Below, piece by piece: positions 27,854 through 36,960 of a DNA stretch of 64,000 bases (position 1 is its first letter; each line of letters opens with the position of its first letter). The notes under the pieces are model-generated. The model made no database searches, was not told the DNA's origin, and saw only the letters and a program-made list of their open reading frames with translations. The stretch is from an uncultured Bdellovibrionales bacterium (GTDB lineage: Bacteria > Patescibacteriota > Minisyncoccia > Moranbacterales > UBA1568): the NCBI GenBank assembly GCA_964612055.1, contig CAZTBI010000001.1, forward strand, positions 5,688-69,687, written 5' to 3'. Both the position numbers and the translations under genes were made by a program.

Positions 27854-28381
27854 ATGGCAAAGATATCGATGTACAATGCAACTGTTCCGGAGTTCAAGCG
27901 TTCGCTTTTGGCGCTTCAGGCTATTTTGGTCAAAGCGGAAGCATTTGTGGCAGAGAAGAAGATCGCTGACAGCGTGCTTCTCGGAGCCTATCTCGCTCTT
28001 GATCAATTCCCCTTTGTGAAACAAGTGCAGGTTGTCTGCGATACTGCCAAGGGAACAGCGGGGCGATTGGCTGGAGTGGAGTTGCCAAAGATGGAAGATA
28101 ACGAAGTGACTCTCAAGGAATTGGAAGCACGTATCGACAAGACCATAGCATTTCTTGATTCACTCAAGCCAGAGCAGTTCGAAGGCGCTGAAGATCGAGA
28201 GATCCCTATTTACTACTTTCCCGGTAAAGCGCTTTCTGGTCTCGAATATGTCAATGCTCAGGGGCTACCGAATTTTTATTTCCATCTGACGACCGCTTAT
28301 TCGATCCTGCGTCACAATGGGATGAATATCGGTAAGGCTGACTACATGGGGCAGGTAGCCTTTCATGATGAAAAGAAATAA
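27854..28381 (+). CDS. DUF1993 family protein
   Basis: QVQVVCDTAK, LPNFYFHLTTAYSILRHNG, GKADY. Confidence 0.9.
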   Translation: MAKISMYNATVPEFKRSLLALQAILVKAEAFVAEKKIADSVLLGAYLALDQFPFVKQVQVVCDTAKGTAGRLAGVELPKMEDNEVTLKELEARIDKTIAFLDSLKPEQFEGAEDREIPIYYFPGKALSGLEYVNAQGLPNFYFHLTTAYSILRHNGMNIGKADYMGQVAFHDEKK

Positions 28382-28407
28382 ATGATTTCTTTGGTTCCTT
28401 GGATAGA

Positions 28408-28552
28408 CGTTCATTGAAAAAATTCCTTTTGCGACCCACTCGTTTGCCCAGCGGCAAACTTGCTCTGTGAAAGTCTCGTGATTCTGTCTGTTACAGAAAC
28501 CATGCTCACAAGCCTTTCAGCGGTCTCAAAAGAAATATTTTTCTAATGAACG
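28408..28552. repeat. Structured palindromic element, copy 1
   Basis: ~30-bp imperfect terminal inverted repeat; CCAGCG loop, TGTGA and ACCATGC bulge shared with 30820-30955. Confidence 0.65.
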
Positions 28553-28582
28553 AGTTAGAATAGAGGATAGTTTTATGAGTAA

Positions 28583-29512
28583 ATGATATTTATGGCGAAT
28601 GCACTTGAGATAAAAAATTTGAAGAAGATATATGGGAATGGTGTGGAGGCACTGAAGGGCGTGAACCTGACAGTGGCCGCCGGTGATTTCTTTGCGCTCC
28701 TCGGTCCCAATGGTGCCGGTAAGAGTACGACGATCAACGTCATTTGCGGGCTGGTGAATAAAACAAGCGGGGAGGTCTGGATCGAAGGACTGTCTATTGA
28801 TGATGATTATCAGAAAGCCAAGATGCATGTGGGAATTGTCCCGCAGGAGTTTAACTTTGGTATTTTCGAAAAGGTGATTGATATCATTCTTGATCAAGCG
28901 GGATACTACGGCATTCCTCGTCGTGAAGCATTACCGAAAGCTGAGAAATTATTGAAGCAGCTCGGGTTGTACGAAAAGCGCAATGAAAAATCGATGACCC
29001 TTTCTGGTGGTATGAAGCGACGGTTGATGATCGCGCGGGGATTGGTGCATGATCCAAAGGTACTTATCTTGGATGAGCCGACGGCCGGTGTTGATATTGA
29101 GATTCGCCGTGAGATGTGGGATTTTCTCCGTGAGCTGAATCAGAACGGGACGACTATCATCCTGACGACGCACTATCTGGAAGAAGCAGAGCAACTCTGT
29201 AACAATATGGCTATCATCAATAAGGGTGAGGTGGTAGAGCAGGGGTCGGTAAAGGAGTTATTGGGCAAGATGGATAAAGAAACATTTATCTTTGATCTTG
29301 AGCAGCCACTACCAGAAAAAACTGAAACTCTCGTGGCGCAGTTTGGGGTCAAAAAAATTGATACTGATACCATAGAGATGACGGTCAATCAGGGTGAATC
29401 GATCAATGATGCTATCAGCGCCTTGAATCGTCTCGATATCCGGGTACGAAGCATGCGCAATAAATCAAACCGTCTGGAAGAATTTTTCCTCCAGAAAATC
29501 AATAAAGCTTAA
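28583..29512 (+). CDS. ABC transporter ATP-binding protein (YadG-like)
   Basis: GPNGAGKST, LSGGMKRR, ILDEPT, TTHY. Confidence 0.93.
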   Translation: MIFMANALEIKNLKKIYGNGVEALKGVNLTVAAGDFFALLGPNGAGKSTTINVICGLVNKTSGEVWIEGLSIDDDYQKAKMHVGIVPQEFNFGIFEKVIDIILDQAGYYGIPRREALPKAEKLLKQLGLYEKRNEKSMTLSGGMKRRLMIARGLVHDPKVLILDEPTAGVDIEIRREMWDFLRELNQNGTTIILTTHYLEEAEQLCNNMAIINKGEVVEQGSVKELLGKMDKETFIFDLEQPLPEKTETLVAQFGVKKIDTDTIEMTVNQGESINDAISALNRLDIRVRSMRNKSNRLEEFFLQKINKA

Positions 29513-29516
29513 AGGT

Positions 29517-30290
29517 ATGAATGGAAAACAAATGTGGGCAGCGTATATGACGATCGTGCGGAAGGAATTCCTCCGTATGTTTCGTGTATGGGTGCAGGCG
29601 CTCTTACCACCAGCAGTGACTACGGTACTTTACTTCCTCGTCTTCGGGAAGTTCATCGGGGCGCAGGTCGCGCCGATCAACGGGATGAGCTACATGGAGT
29701 TTATCGTGCCAGGCATCATCATGATGTCGGTGATCACGCAGTCGTTTATGCACTCGGCTTTCGGTTATTATATGGCCAAGTTCCAGAAATCGATCGAAGA
29801 AATTCAAGTCTCACCAACCCCGTATTGGGTAATGATTTTGGGGTATGTGACTGGGGGTGTTCTTCGTGGGCTGGTGACGGGGGCGATCTTGCTTGTTATC
29901 TCTCTCTTCTTCACACCGATTGCTATTCATAATCCGCTTCATGTCGTAGCCTTTGCCTTTCTGACGGCAGTCGTTTTCTCTCTAGCAGGGCTCATCAATG
30001 CTATCTTTGCCAAGAACTTCGACAGTATCTCCATCTTCCCGACATTCATCCTGACGCCACTGACGTATCTCGCTGGGACGTTCTACTCGCTTTCGATGTT
30101 GCCAGCTATTTGGCACCAGATATCGCTTTGGAATCCGCTTCTCTATATGGTCAATGGTTTCCGCTACGGCCTGATCGGTGCGACCGACGTGAGTATCGTA
30201 ACGGCGTATGTCATCCTTATTGTCTTAGCATCCACGCTCTCATTTGTGGTTTGGTATTTGTTTTACTCCGGTCGCGGTGTTCGCACCTAG
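29517..30290 (+). CDS. ABC-2 transporter permease (YadH-like)
   Basis: [35 protein letters not shown]. Confidence 0.92.
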   Translation: MNGKQMWAAYMTIVRKEFLRMFRVWVQALLPPAVTTVLYFLVFGKFIGAQVAPINGMSYMEFIVPGIIMMSVITQSFMHSAFGYYMAKFQKSIEEIQVSPTPYWVMILGYVTGGVLRGLVTGAILLVISLFFTPIAIHNPLHVVAFAFLTAVVFSLAGLINAIFAKNFDSISIFPTFILTPLTYLAGTFYSLSMLPAIWHQISLWNPLLYMVNGFRYGLIGATDVSIVTAYVILIVLASTLSFVVWYLFYSGRGVRT

Positions 30291-30307
30291 AGGTGTATAC
30301 TGGAGAT

Positions 30308-30817
30308 ATGTATAATATTTCCTCACGTACCATGTTGTTCGTAACAGTCCCACTTGCTGTGTTGGGGATGTTTGCTTATTACTTTTTTCAAACCCGTATG
30401 GAAGAAAAAAATGTTGCTAGTGAAGGCGCGGCGTGTGGGATCGATGGCTGTGTCGAAATGACACCGGAGCAGGCGCGGATTCTCCGTGACAAAGGCACTG
30501 AGCCGCCGTTTAGCAGTCCACTCTATAACGAACATCGCAAAGGGGTGTACGTTTCAGCTGATAATAACGAGCCAGTATTTCGCTCCGAAGATAAGTTTGA
30601 TTCCGGGACTGGTTGGCCCAGTTTTACACAGCCAATCAAGCCGGATGCTATTAAAACTGATACTGACGCAACGTTTGGAATGACCCGGACCGAAGTGCTC
30701 TCCAAAGACGGTGGCCACCTGGGCCATGTCTTTAACGACGGCCCGGAACCGACTGGTCTGCGCTACTGTATCAACGGTGATGCTTTGAAGTTTATTCCAG
30801 ACGAAGAGGGTGAATAA
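30308..30817 (+). CDS. msrB: Peptide-methionine (R)-S-oxide reductase with N-terminal membrane anchor
   Basis: [32 protein letters not shown]. Confidence 0.93.
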   Translation: MYNISSRTMLFVTVPLAVLGMFAYYFFQTRMEEKNVASEGAACGIDGCVEMTPEQARILRDKGTEPPFSSPLYNEHRKGVYVSADNNEPVFRSEDKFDSGTGWPSFTQPIKPDAIKTDTDATFGMTRTEVLSKDGGHLGHVFNDGPEPTGLRYCINGDALKFIPDEEGE

Positions 30818-30819
30818 TT

Positions 30820-30955
30820 CCTTTCTCCCAAACAACTCTCTTGTGCCGTCAAAACTCCAGCGTAGTTTTTACTGACGTGTGAGCGAACTTTTTTGCTTAC
30901 GCAAAAACCATGCAAGTTCGCTCCCAAGTCGCCCAAGAGAATTTTTGGAAGAAGG
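30820..30955. repeat. Structured palindromic element, copy 2
   Basis: Outer stem tctcttg/caagaga; gagcgaactt/aagttcgctc with ACCATGC bulge; CCAGCG loop. Confidence 0.65.
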
Positions 30956-31072
30956 TAAAGAGTATATAAAGTTTGGAAAAAGTTCCCTAAAAATGATTCA
31001 AGGCAGCGAACGCGGATGCGTTGCTGCCCTGTGTGTTGAAAAAGTGGTATTGAAAGACGACGAGTGCCCGCT

Positions 31073-31267
31073 TCAGAGCCGGCAGCGAATCACCACGAGG
31101 CTCTCCGGCATGGACACGAATTCGCCAGCATGCACACAGCATGGCTGGCCATCTGCCTCCCGCACCTTCTGGATTACGTCGAGCGGTACTCCTGGTACCT
31201 GGAGGTTGAGCGCGGTGATGAAGTGACAGTCCACTGGCAGGTCGGCAATGGTCTCTCTGTTTTCCAT
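31073..31267 (-). CDS. Small orphan protein (64 aa)
   Basis: AAAGGAG SD; TTGACT-17-TATCAT promoter; downstream terminator near 31000-31031. Confidence 0.6.
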   Translation of the reverse strand: MENRETIADLPVDCHFITALNLQVPGVPLDVIQKVREADGQPCCVHAGEFVSMPESLVVIRCRL

Positions 31268-31426
31268 GACTACTCCTTTCGAGCGATTGTTGGTGAGAGG
31301 AACTACTTAACCGTATATGATAGCATAAAAAAGAGAAAAAGTCAATATTAGAGTATAAAAATGGCTTAAAAAAGGGAAAATAAAAAACCCGGCGCGTTGC
31401 GTCGGGCAGTGTGGTTCTGAAGACCT

Positions 31427-31753
31427 TCAGAACTTCTTGGGTGGGTTGGCAAGTAGGTGGTGACCAAAGCCAGCCATGACGATGGCGGCGTGGAGTTCGT
31501 TGATGTTGATGTCGAGATCGACGGGACAGACTTTCTTGTTTCTTTCGCCTTCTCCGATGACAGGAACGAGGGACTCCGCATCTTTGGGTATGGGCCACGT
31601 GAAGCGTAAGGCATGGTCCTCGTTCAGTTTCACCAGGATACGCAGCCCCTTGTTTCCGCGATAGCCGAGAGGTGTCGAGACGGCCTTCTCGATCTCATCG
31701 GTGAAGATGAAGCCTTGGAGCTGGGAGAGACTGGAGTAAGGAGGAGGTGACAT
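31427..31753 (-). CDS. Hypothetical orphan protein (108 aa)
   Basis: ORF with upstream TTGACT promoter and downstream hairpin/T-run. Confidence 0.55.
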   Translation of the reverse strand: MSPPPYSSLSQLQGFIFTDEIEKAVSTPLGYRGNKGLRILVKLNEDHALRFTWPIPKDAESLVPVIGEGERNKKVCPVDLDININELHAAIVMAGFGHHLLANPPKKF

Positions 31754-31845
31754 AGGCGTCTTTCTGCAGTGTGACTGCTTTGGTTGGAGGAAGGAACAGG
31801 TGTATACTATTACAGAAATATCAATAAAAGTCAAGAGAGCACGCT

Positions 31846-32328
31846 ATGACAATTTTGAAAAAAGCGACATTTGGGGCGGGGTGTTTCTGGGGTGTGGAGG
31901 CACTGTTTCGGAAAGTGTCTGGAGTTATTGATGCTGTTTCTGGTTATACTGGTGGGACACTGAAAAATCCGACCTATGAAGATGTCTGTAACAGTGAGAC
32001 GGGTCATGCGGAAGCTGTGGAAGTGACCTATGATGGAGATAAGGTGAGTTATGAGCGCCTACTTGAAGTGTTCTGGATGAATCATAATCCAACGACGCCA
32101 AATCAGCAGGGACCAGATCGTGGTTCACAATATCGTTCCGTCATCTTTTATCATGATGAAGAGCAGAAGAAACTGGCCGAAGCTTCAAAAGAGACATTGG
32201 CGCAGTCAGGGAAATGGCAGAAACCAATCGTGACGGAAATTACTCCAGCCGAGACCTTTTATAAGGCCGAAGAGTATCACCAACGCTATTTTGAAAAGCT
32301 CGGTATTGAGCCGACCTGCCATCTTTGA
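31846..32328 (+). CDS. msrA: Peptide-methionine (S)-S-oxide reductase
   Basis: GAGCFWG, GHAEAV, QYRS, AEEYHQ. Confidence 0.96.
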   Translation: MTILKKATFGAGCFWGVEALFRKVSGVIDAVSGYTGGTLKNPTYEDVCNSETGHAEAVEVTYDGDKVSYERLLEVFWMNHNPTTPNQQGPDRGSQYRSVIFYHDEEQKKLAEASKETLAQSGKWQKPIVTEITPAETFYKAEEYHQRYFEKLGIEPTCHL

Positions 32329-32538
32329 TTTGGGAAAAAGGATCTAGATTCGCAGTGAAAGTCTTGCTTTTTTCGCTTAACCATGCTATGGTAGGGGTGT
32401 TGTAAGTTTTCTCTCTGGAAGCCACTTAGACGAGACATTCGGTTGCCAAACTTGAATTCCGTGAAGTAGAGCCAGAAAAAGAGCGCAAGCTCGCAGGGAA
32501 AGGTCCACTTACACGGTAATTCAGTCAGTAGATTCGAT

Positions 32539-32856
32539 ATGGCAACCAAATTGTATGTTGGTGGCGTTTCCTACGGTACAACCGAGGACGGTCTCCGCGA
32601 TGCTTTCGCGCAGGCTGGGAATGTCACTTCTGCCAAGATCATCATCGACAAGATGACAGGCCGCTCTCGCGGTTTCGCCTTTGTTGAGATGGCTACAGAC
32701 GACGAAGCCCAAAAGGCTATTGAACTCTGGAATGGTAAGGAGTTAGACGGACGAACGCTGACTGTCAACGAAGCTCGTCCTCTGGAAGAGCGCGCTCCTC
32801 GCACCGGCAACGGTGGCGGATACCGCGATCAGAACCAGGGTGGCAGCCGTTGGTAA
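32539..32856 (+). CDS. RRM-domain RNA-binding protein with Gly-rich tail
   Basis: LYVGG (RNP2), RGFAFVEM (RNP1), VNEARP. Confidence 0.95.
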   Translation: MATKLYVGGVSYGTTEDGLRDAFAQAGNVTSAKIIIDKMTGRSRGFAFVEMATDDEAQKAIELWNGKELDGRTLTVNEARPLEERAPRTGNGGGYRDQNQGGSRW

Positions 32857-32941
32857 TTGATTTTCGAGCATCATTCGTGATGTTCGAAATGACACCAAAA
32901 AACAGCTCTGAGTAATCGGAGCTGTTTTTGTTTTACTTCTT

Positions 32942-33541
32942 TTAGATTGATGAGGGGAGTTTCTTCACTTCTTGGTAACGGAAACAATCAGTGGTGTGAT
33001 CATTGACCATGCCGATAGCTTGCATGTAGGCGTAGCCGATGATGGGACCAAAAAATTTGAAACCACGTGCTTTCAGGTCACTGGCCAATTGTTCGGATTG
33101 TTCGGTGAGTACAGGGACCTCTGAGAGAGAGCGGCGTTTCCCATCGAGCGTCTTGCCATTTACGAATTGAGAGAGATATTTGGCAAAAGAACCGTATTCA
33201 CGCTGGACTTCAAGAAAAAGGCGGGCGTTACTAATAGCCGCTTCGATTTTCAAACGATGCCGAATGATCCCGCTATTTTTCATGAGCCGGTCAATATCGC
33301 GTCTATTGAAGCGGGCAATTTTCTCCGGGTCAAAATGGGCAAAGGCCTCTCTGTACGCGTGACGTTTCTTGAGAATAGTTTCCCAGGAGAGTCCTGCCTG
33401 AGCACTTTCGAGAAGAAGAAATTCAAACAGTCGTCGATCGTCATAGGTTCGTACGCCCCATTCGGTATCGTGATACTGTTCGTACAGTGTATTGCCAGGA
33501 CGTACCCAGCCACAGCGTTTTGGTGATGAAGTTTTTGGCAT
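32942..33541 (-). CDS. tag: DNA-3-methyladenine glycosylase I
   Basis: RCGW, YHDTEWG, LE.AQAGLSW, GMVNDH...C. Confidence 0.95.
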   Translation of the reverse strand: MPKTSSPKRCGWVRPGNTLYEQYHDTEWGVRTYDDRRLFEFLLLESAQAGLSWETILKKRHAYREAFAHFDPEKIARFNRRDIDRLMKNSGIIRHRLKIEAAISNARLFLEVQREYGSFAKYLSQFVNGKTLDGKRRSLSEVPVLTEQSEQLASDLKARGFKFFGPIIGYAYMQAIGMVNDHTTDCFRYQEVKKLPSSI

Positions 33542-33638
33542 GTTATTGACAGTGTACCATGATATGATCCGTTTTCTCTGTGAAAATTCTTTTTAATGGT
33601 ATAATGTTATCTGTAGATAAAAATAAAAATTTACCATC

Positions 33639-35060
33639 ATGTTTTTTCCTCTGTATCGAGGCAAGATAGCGTTTGTGGTTATCGTAGGATCACTGGTAAC
33701 AGTGGGTCTGGTGGCCGCTACCGGACTGTATTTTCTCGAGAATCGTGCTTCGGATCAGGCATTGAAACAAGAGGTTGATACGAAGCAGGGCGAGACCCCG
33801 ATTACGTTCAGTGAGCCACTTTCTGGAAGCGGCGTGTTTAACTCTGATATGATCGATGTCGTGAGGGAAGAAAGGATAGAGGAGGGTGATGCGAGCAGCG
33901 CTGACTCCGAGTCTGGTTCTCAGAGTTTGTCCTATGTACTCCCCGAGGCTACAGATTGGAACGAAGTACCATCGACTCCTGCAGCAACAGTAGTGGACGA
34001 CAACACTACCTCTGATGGTTCGAGTACTGTGAGTCCTGATCATAATACCGTGTATCGTCTGAGGACGCAGGGGGATAAAATATACTATCCTTCTGGAAAA
34101 GAAGCGATGCTTCGCGGTTTTACTTGGGGAGCATGGGATACTACGCGGTTTCATGACGCCGACCGTAATGCGGGAGAAGGAGCAAACACAGTGCGTATTG
34201 TACTGCGCTGGTGGGGAAAATATTTTGACGATAGCGTCGATAGTCGTGACGATGATGCTCCTGGAAACATAGATCGAGAACATTTAGCGGAGCTTGATCG
34301 TATGATTGAACAGGCTTCGGAGAAAGGGTTATGGATAGACTTGGCTATTGATTCTGATTGCGGACAGAGTGGTTTGCAGCAAGACCCGATTGGTACCCAG
34401 GCCTATTGTGATCCGAGCGGAAAATATGGTTCTGCGGGACATAATTTTTGGACGGATCCAGAGGCTCGTGCCCGCTTCGTAGAGACCTGGAAATTCGTTG
34501 CTGATCGCTACAAAGACACCCCGTATATCGGTATGTTCGAGCTTTTGCCTGAGCCGAATCCTATTGCTTTTCCTGCAGCCAAAATATCGGAATTTTATCA
34601 GGAGCTTATAGCAGTGGTTCACCCGATTGATTTGCGCACCCCGTTTCTCATCGGTAGTCGAGTCTACATGATTAAGCTAGTGGAATCGGCATACCTGAAT
34701 ACGGGAGTGCCTATCATTTATACTGGGAACTTGTTTGCTCATCCAGAAATAGGGGCCTATGAGGATGTCATGTACGACTTGGAGTATCGACTCGGGCATC
34801 TGACTGATTTTCGAGAGAAGTACAATGTCCCGATCTTCGTCCAGCAGACCGGAGTTCGTTCTGTGGATGATCCTGGGGAAGTCTATACGAATGCTGTTTT
34901 GGCGCTTCTCAATAAAAACAGTGTTGGTTGGGATTGGTGGGAGTACCGACAGCAGGGTCCCTACCCGGGTGGCTACGGTATCTGGTATGCGAAAGGCGAT
35001 GGAACATGGATAAAGAAGGATGCTGTGCTGAAGGTCATTTCTAAATATTTCAAGGAGTAG
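33639..35060 (+). CDS. Membrane-anchored GH5-fold protein, paralogue 1
   Basis: TM, Ser/Thr/Asp-rich stalk, LRGF, VRI, FELLPEP, PIFVQQTG, GWDWWEY. Confidence 0.8.
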   Translation: MFFPLYRGKIAFVVIVGSLVTVGLVAATGLYFLENRASDQALKQEVDTKQGETPITFSEPLSGSGVFNSDMIDVVREERIEEGDASSADSESGSQSLSYVLPEATDWNEVPSTPAATVVDDNTTSDGSSTVSPDHNTVYRLRTQGDKIYYPSGKEAMLRGFTWGAWDTTRFHDADRNAGEGANTVRIVLRWWGKYFDDSVDSRDDDAPGNIDREHLAELDRMIEQASEKGLWIDLAIDSDCGQSGLQQDPIGTQAYCDPSGKYGSAGHNFWTDPEARARFVETWKFVADRYKDTPYIGMFELLPEPNPIAFPAAKISEFYQELIAVVHPIDLRTPFLIGSRVYMIKLVESAYLNTGVPIIYTGNLFAHPEIGAYEDVMYDLEYRLGHLTDFREKYNVPIFVQQTGVRSVDDPGEVYTNAVLALLNKNSVGWDWWEYRQQGPYPGGYGIWYAKGDGTWIKKDAVLKVISKYFKE

Positions 35061-35072
35061 AAATATCTTACG

Positions 35073-36488
35073 ATGTTTCCTTTTTACCAAAGTAGAACAA
35101 TCTTTGTTGTAGTTGTTGGGTCCCTGGTCACGATCAGTCTTGTTGCGGCTGCCGGTTTTTATTTTCTCGAGAATAAAAAAGCAGAAGAGGCGATCAAAGA
35201 GCAGCAGGTTGCCAATGAAGAAATGCAAAAATATATTCGAAACGGAAGCGTCCTTCCTGGAGGTCAGCAGCCGAATTTTGGATCGACTGGTGACGGCACC
35301 TCTTCGGATGGGAGTAGTGGTACTCTGGGAACTGATGGTTTACCGTATACGTTGCCCGAAGCGACTGATTGGACCGAAGTAGGAAGTGGAACAGATACGC
35401 TCACAGACGACTTGTTGACTGATCCTGACTCTGATACTGACACTGATTCTGAAACAGACTCGAATCGGTTAACAGTGAAAGGGGATAAACTTTACGATCC
35501 TTCTGGGCATCAAGTAACGCTCCGTGGATTTAACTGGGGTTGGTGGGGAACGGCTCAGGAGCAAGATGGAGCTGCTAACAAGGATCAAGGAGCGACGGCT
35601 GTTCGTATGCCTATTCGTTGGTATTTTGAAGGGACAAAGAATGATATCCGAGAAACCGGCGGTACCTGCAATATCTCAGCTGATGGTTTAAAAGCGATTG
35701 ATGCCAATATCGCTTGGGCTACAAAAGAGCATCTTTGGGTGGTGTTGTTTATGGGGTCAGATCTCGGTGCTGGAAATTCAGATGATAATTATTGGACAAA
35801 TCCGGAACTCAAGGCGGAATTTAAGGCCACGTGGTTGTGTTTGGCGCAGCGCTACAAGAATGTGCCGTACATTGCTGCCTACGAAATCCTTTCCGAGCCG
35901 CATCCTAAAAAATCATACACTAACAATGACCCAGAGGGCGCTGTCAAAGCTTTCTATGAAGAAATGATTCAGGCTATTCGGACAGTGGACGAGGACACGC
36001 CGCTTATGATTGGGCCAAATGATCATTATGAAATTTTACAGCTTCCTGGTCTCTATACAACGGTAGATAAAAAGATTATCTACACCTTTAACTTTTACTA
36101 CCCAGCAGAATACGTGAAAGAGACGAAGGATGGGAGTGGTCATACGTACCGTTACCCAGGCAGTCTCACTCTGAAGGATGGCCAGGTCGTGACGAATGAC
36201 AAAGCCTATCTCGAAGATATGCTCAAAAATGGTACTGATTTTCGAGATGATCACGATGTCCCGATTTTTATCAATCAGGTAGGTATTGCCTCAGATGTCC
36301 CAGATGCCAAGGCTTATATCACTGATACGCTTGATCTCTTTGAAAGCTATGGTATCGGTTTTGCTTATTGGACATATCGAGTGAGAGGGACTATCAATGA
36401 CATGGGCATCTATTACCAAGATCCGAAAACCAATGTTTGGAGCGTGAAGTCTGACTGGCTGACGCTGATCTCGGACTATTTCGATTAG
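35073..36488 (+). CDS. Membrane-anchored GH5-fold protein, paralogue 2
   Basis: Same architecture; LRGFN, YEILSEP, PIFINQVG, GFAYWTY. Confidence 0.8.
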   Translation: MFPFYQSRTIFVVVVGSLVTISLVAAAGFYFLENKKAEEAIKEQQVANEEMQKYIRNGSVLPGGQQPNFGSTGDGTSSDGSSGTLGTDGLPYTLPEATDWTEVGSGTDTLTDDLLTDPDSDTDTDSETDSNRLTVKGDKLYDPSGHQVTLRGFNWGWWGTAQEQDGAANKDQGATAVRMPIRWYFEGTKNDIRETGGTCNISADGLKAIDANIAWATKEHLWVVLFMGSDLGAGNSDDNYWTNPELKAEFKATWLCLAQRYKNVPYIAAYEILSEPHPKKSYTNNDPEGAVKAFYEEMIQAIRTVDEDTPLMIGPNDHYEILQLPGLYTTVDKKIIYTFNFYYPAEYVKETKDGSGHTYRYPGSLTLKDGQVVTNDKAYLEDMLKNGTDFRDDHDVPIFINQVGIASDVPDAKAYITDTLDLFESYGIGFAYWTYRVRGTINDMGIYYQDPKTNVWSVKSDWLTLISDYFD

Positions 36489-36604
36489 GAGAGTGCTTTT
36501 GCGATAAAAATCCCTGTGAGGTTCAGGGGTTTTATCTTTTCTGGGAGGAGTCTTGATTTTGGGGTAAAAAGTTGATAGGCTGAGTATTGTAGCGTAAAAA
36601 CCCT

Positions 36605-36691
36605 GGAGAGGTGGCCGAGTGGCTGAAGGCACCACACTGCTAACGTGGCGGGGCGTTAAAACCCTCGAGAGTTCGAATCTCTCCCTCTCCG
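36605..36691 (+). tRNA. tRNA-Ser(GCT)
   Basis: Anticodon loop CT GCT AA; long variable arm; GTTCGAATC. Confidence 0.93.
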
Positions 36692-36739
36692 CAAAGTAAA
36701 GAATGATGCTCTTGTGGCATCATTTTTGCTTTTGAGCTA

Positions 36740-36865
36740 GAGTAGATTCGAACGGGGAAAGGGTCGGAAAACGGGAGTTTTCCGTGAGAGGAAAGCAGCG
36801 AAGTGCTGAGAACCGTGGGTTCTTAGAAGGAGCAAAGCGACGCGTTCAATCTCTCCCTCTCCGCA
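36740..36865 (+). repeat. tRNA-linked element: antisense T-arm, variant 29-nt motif, 18-nt direct copy of tRNA 3' end
   Basis: agattcgaac 36744-36753; motif 36756-36784; aatctctccctctccgca 36848-36865; second terminator follows. Confidence 0.85.
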
Positions 36866-36960
36866 GTAGTAAAAAGGAATCATCTTGCGTGGTTCCTTTT
36901 TTGCTTCTACCATAGACTTATAGTGACCGTGGGATTCTAGGGACTATTTTTTCAAACTTT

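Noticed and set aside
28540-28560. Possible integron attC site (TTCTAAT...GTTAGAA)
   Set aside because: Spacing is far too short, the boxes do not fit RYYYAAC/GTTRRRY, and there is no intI.
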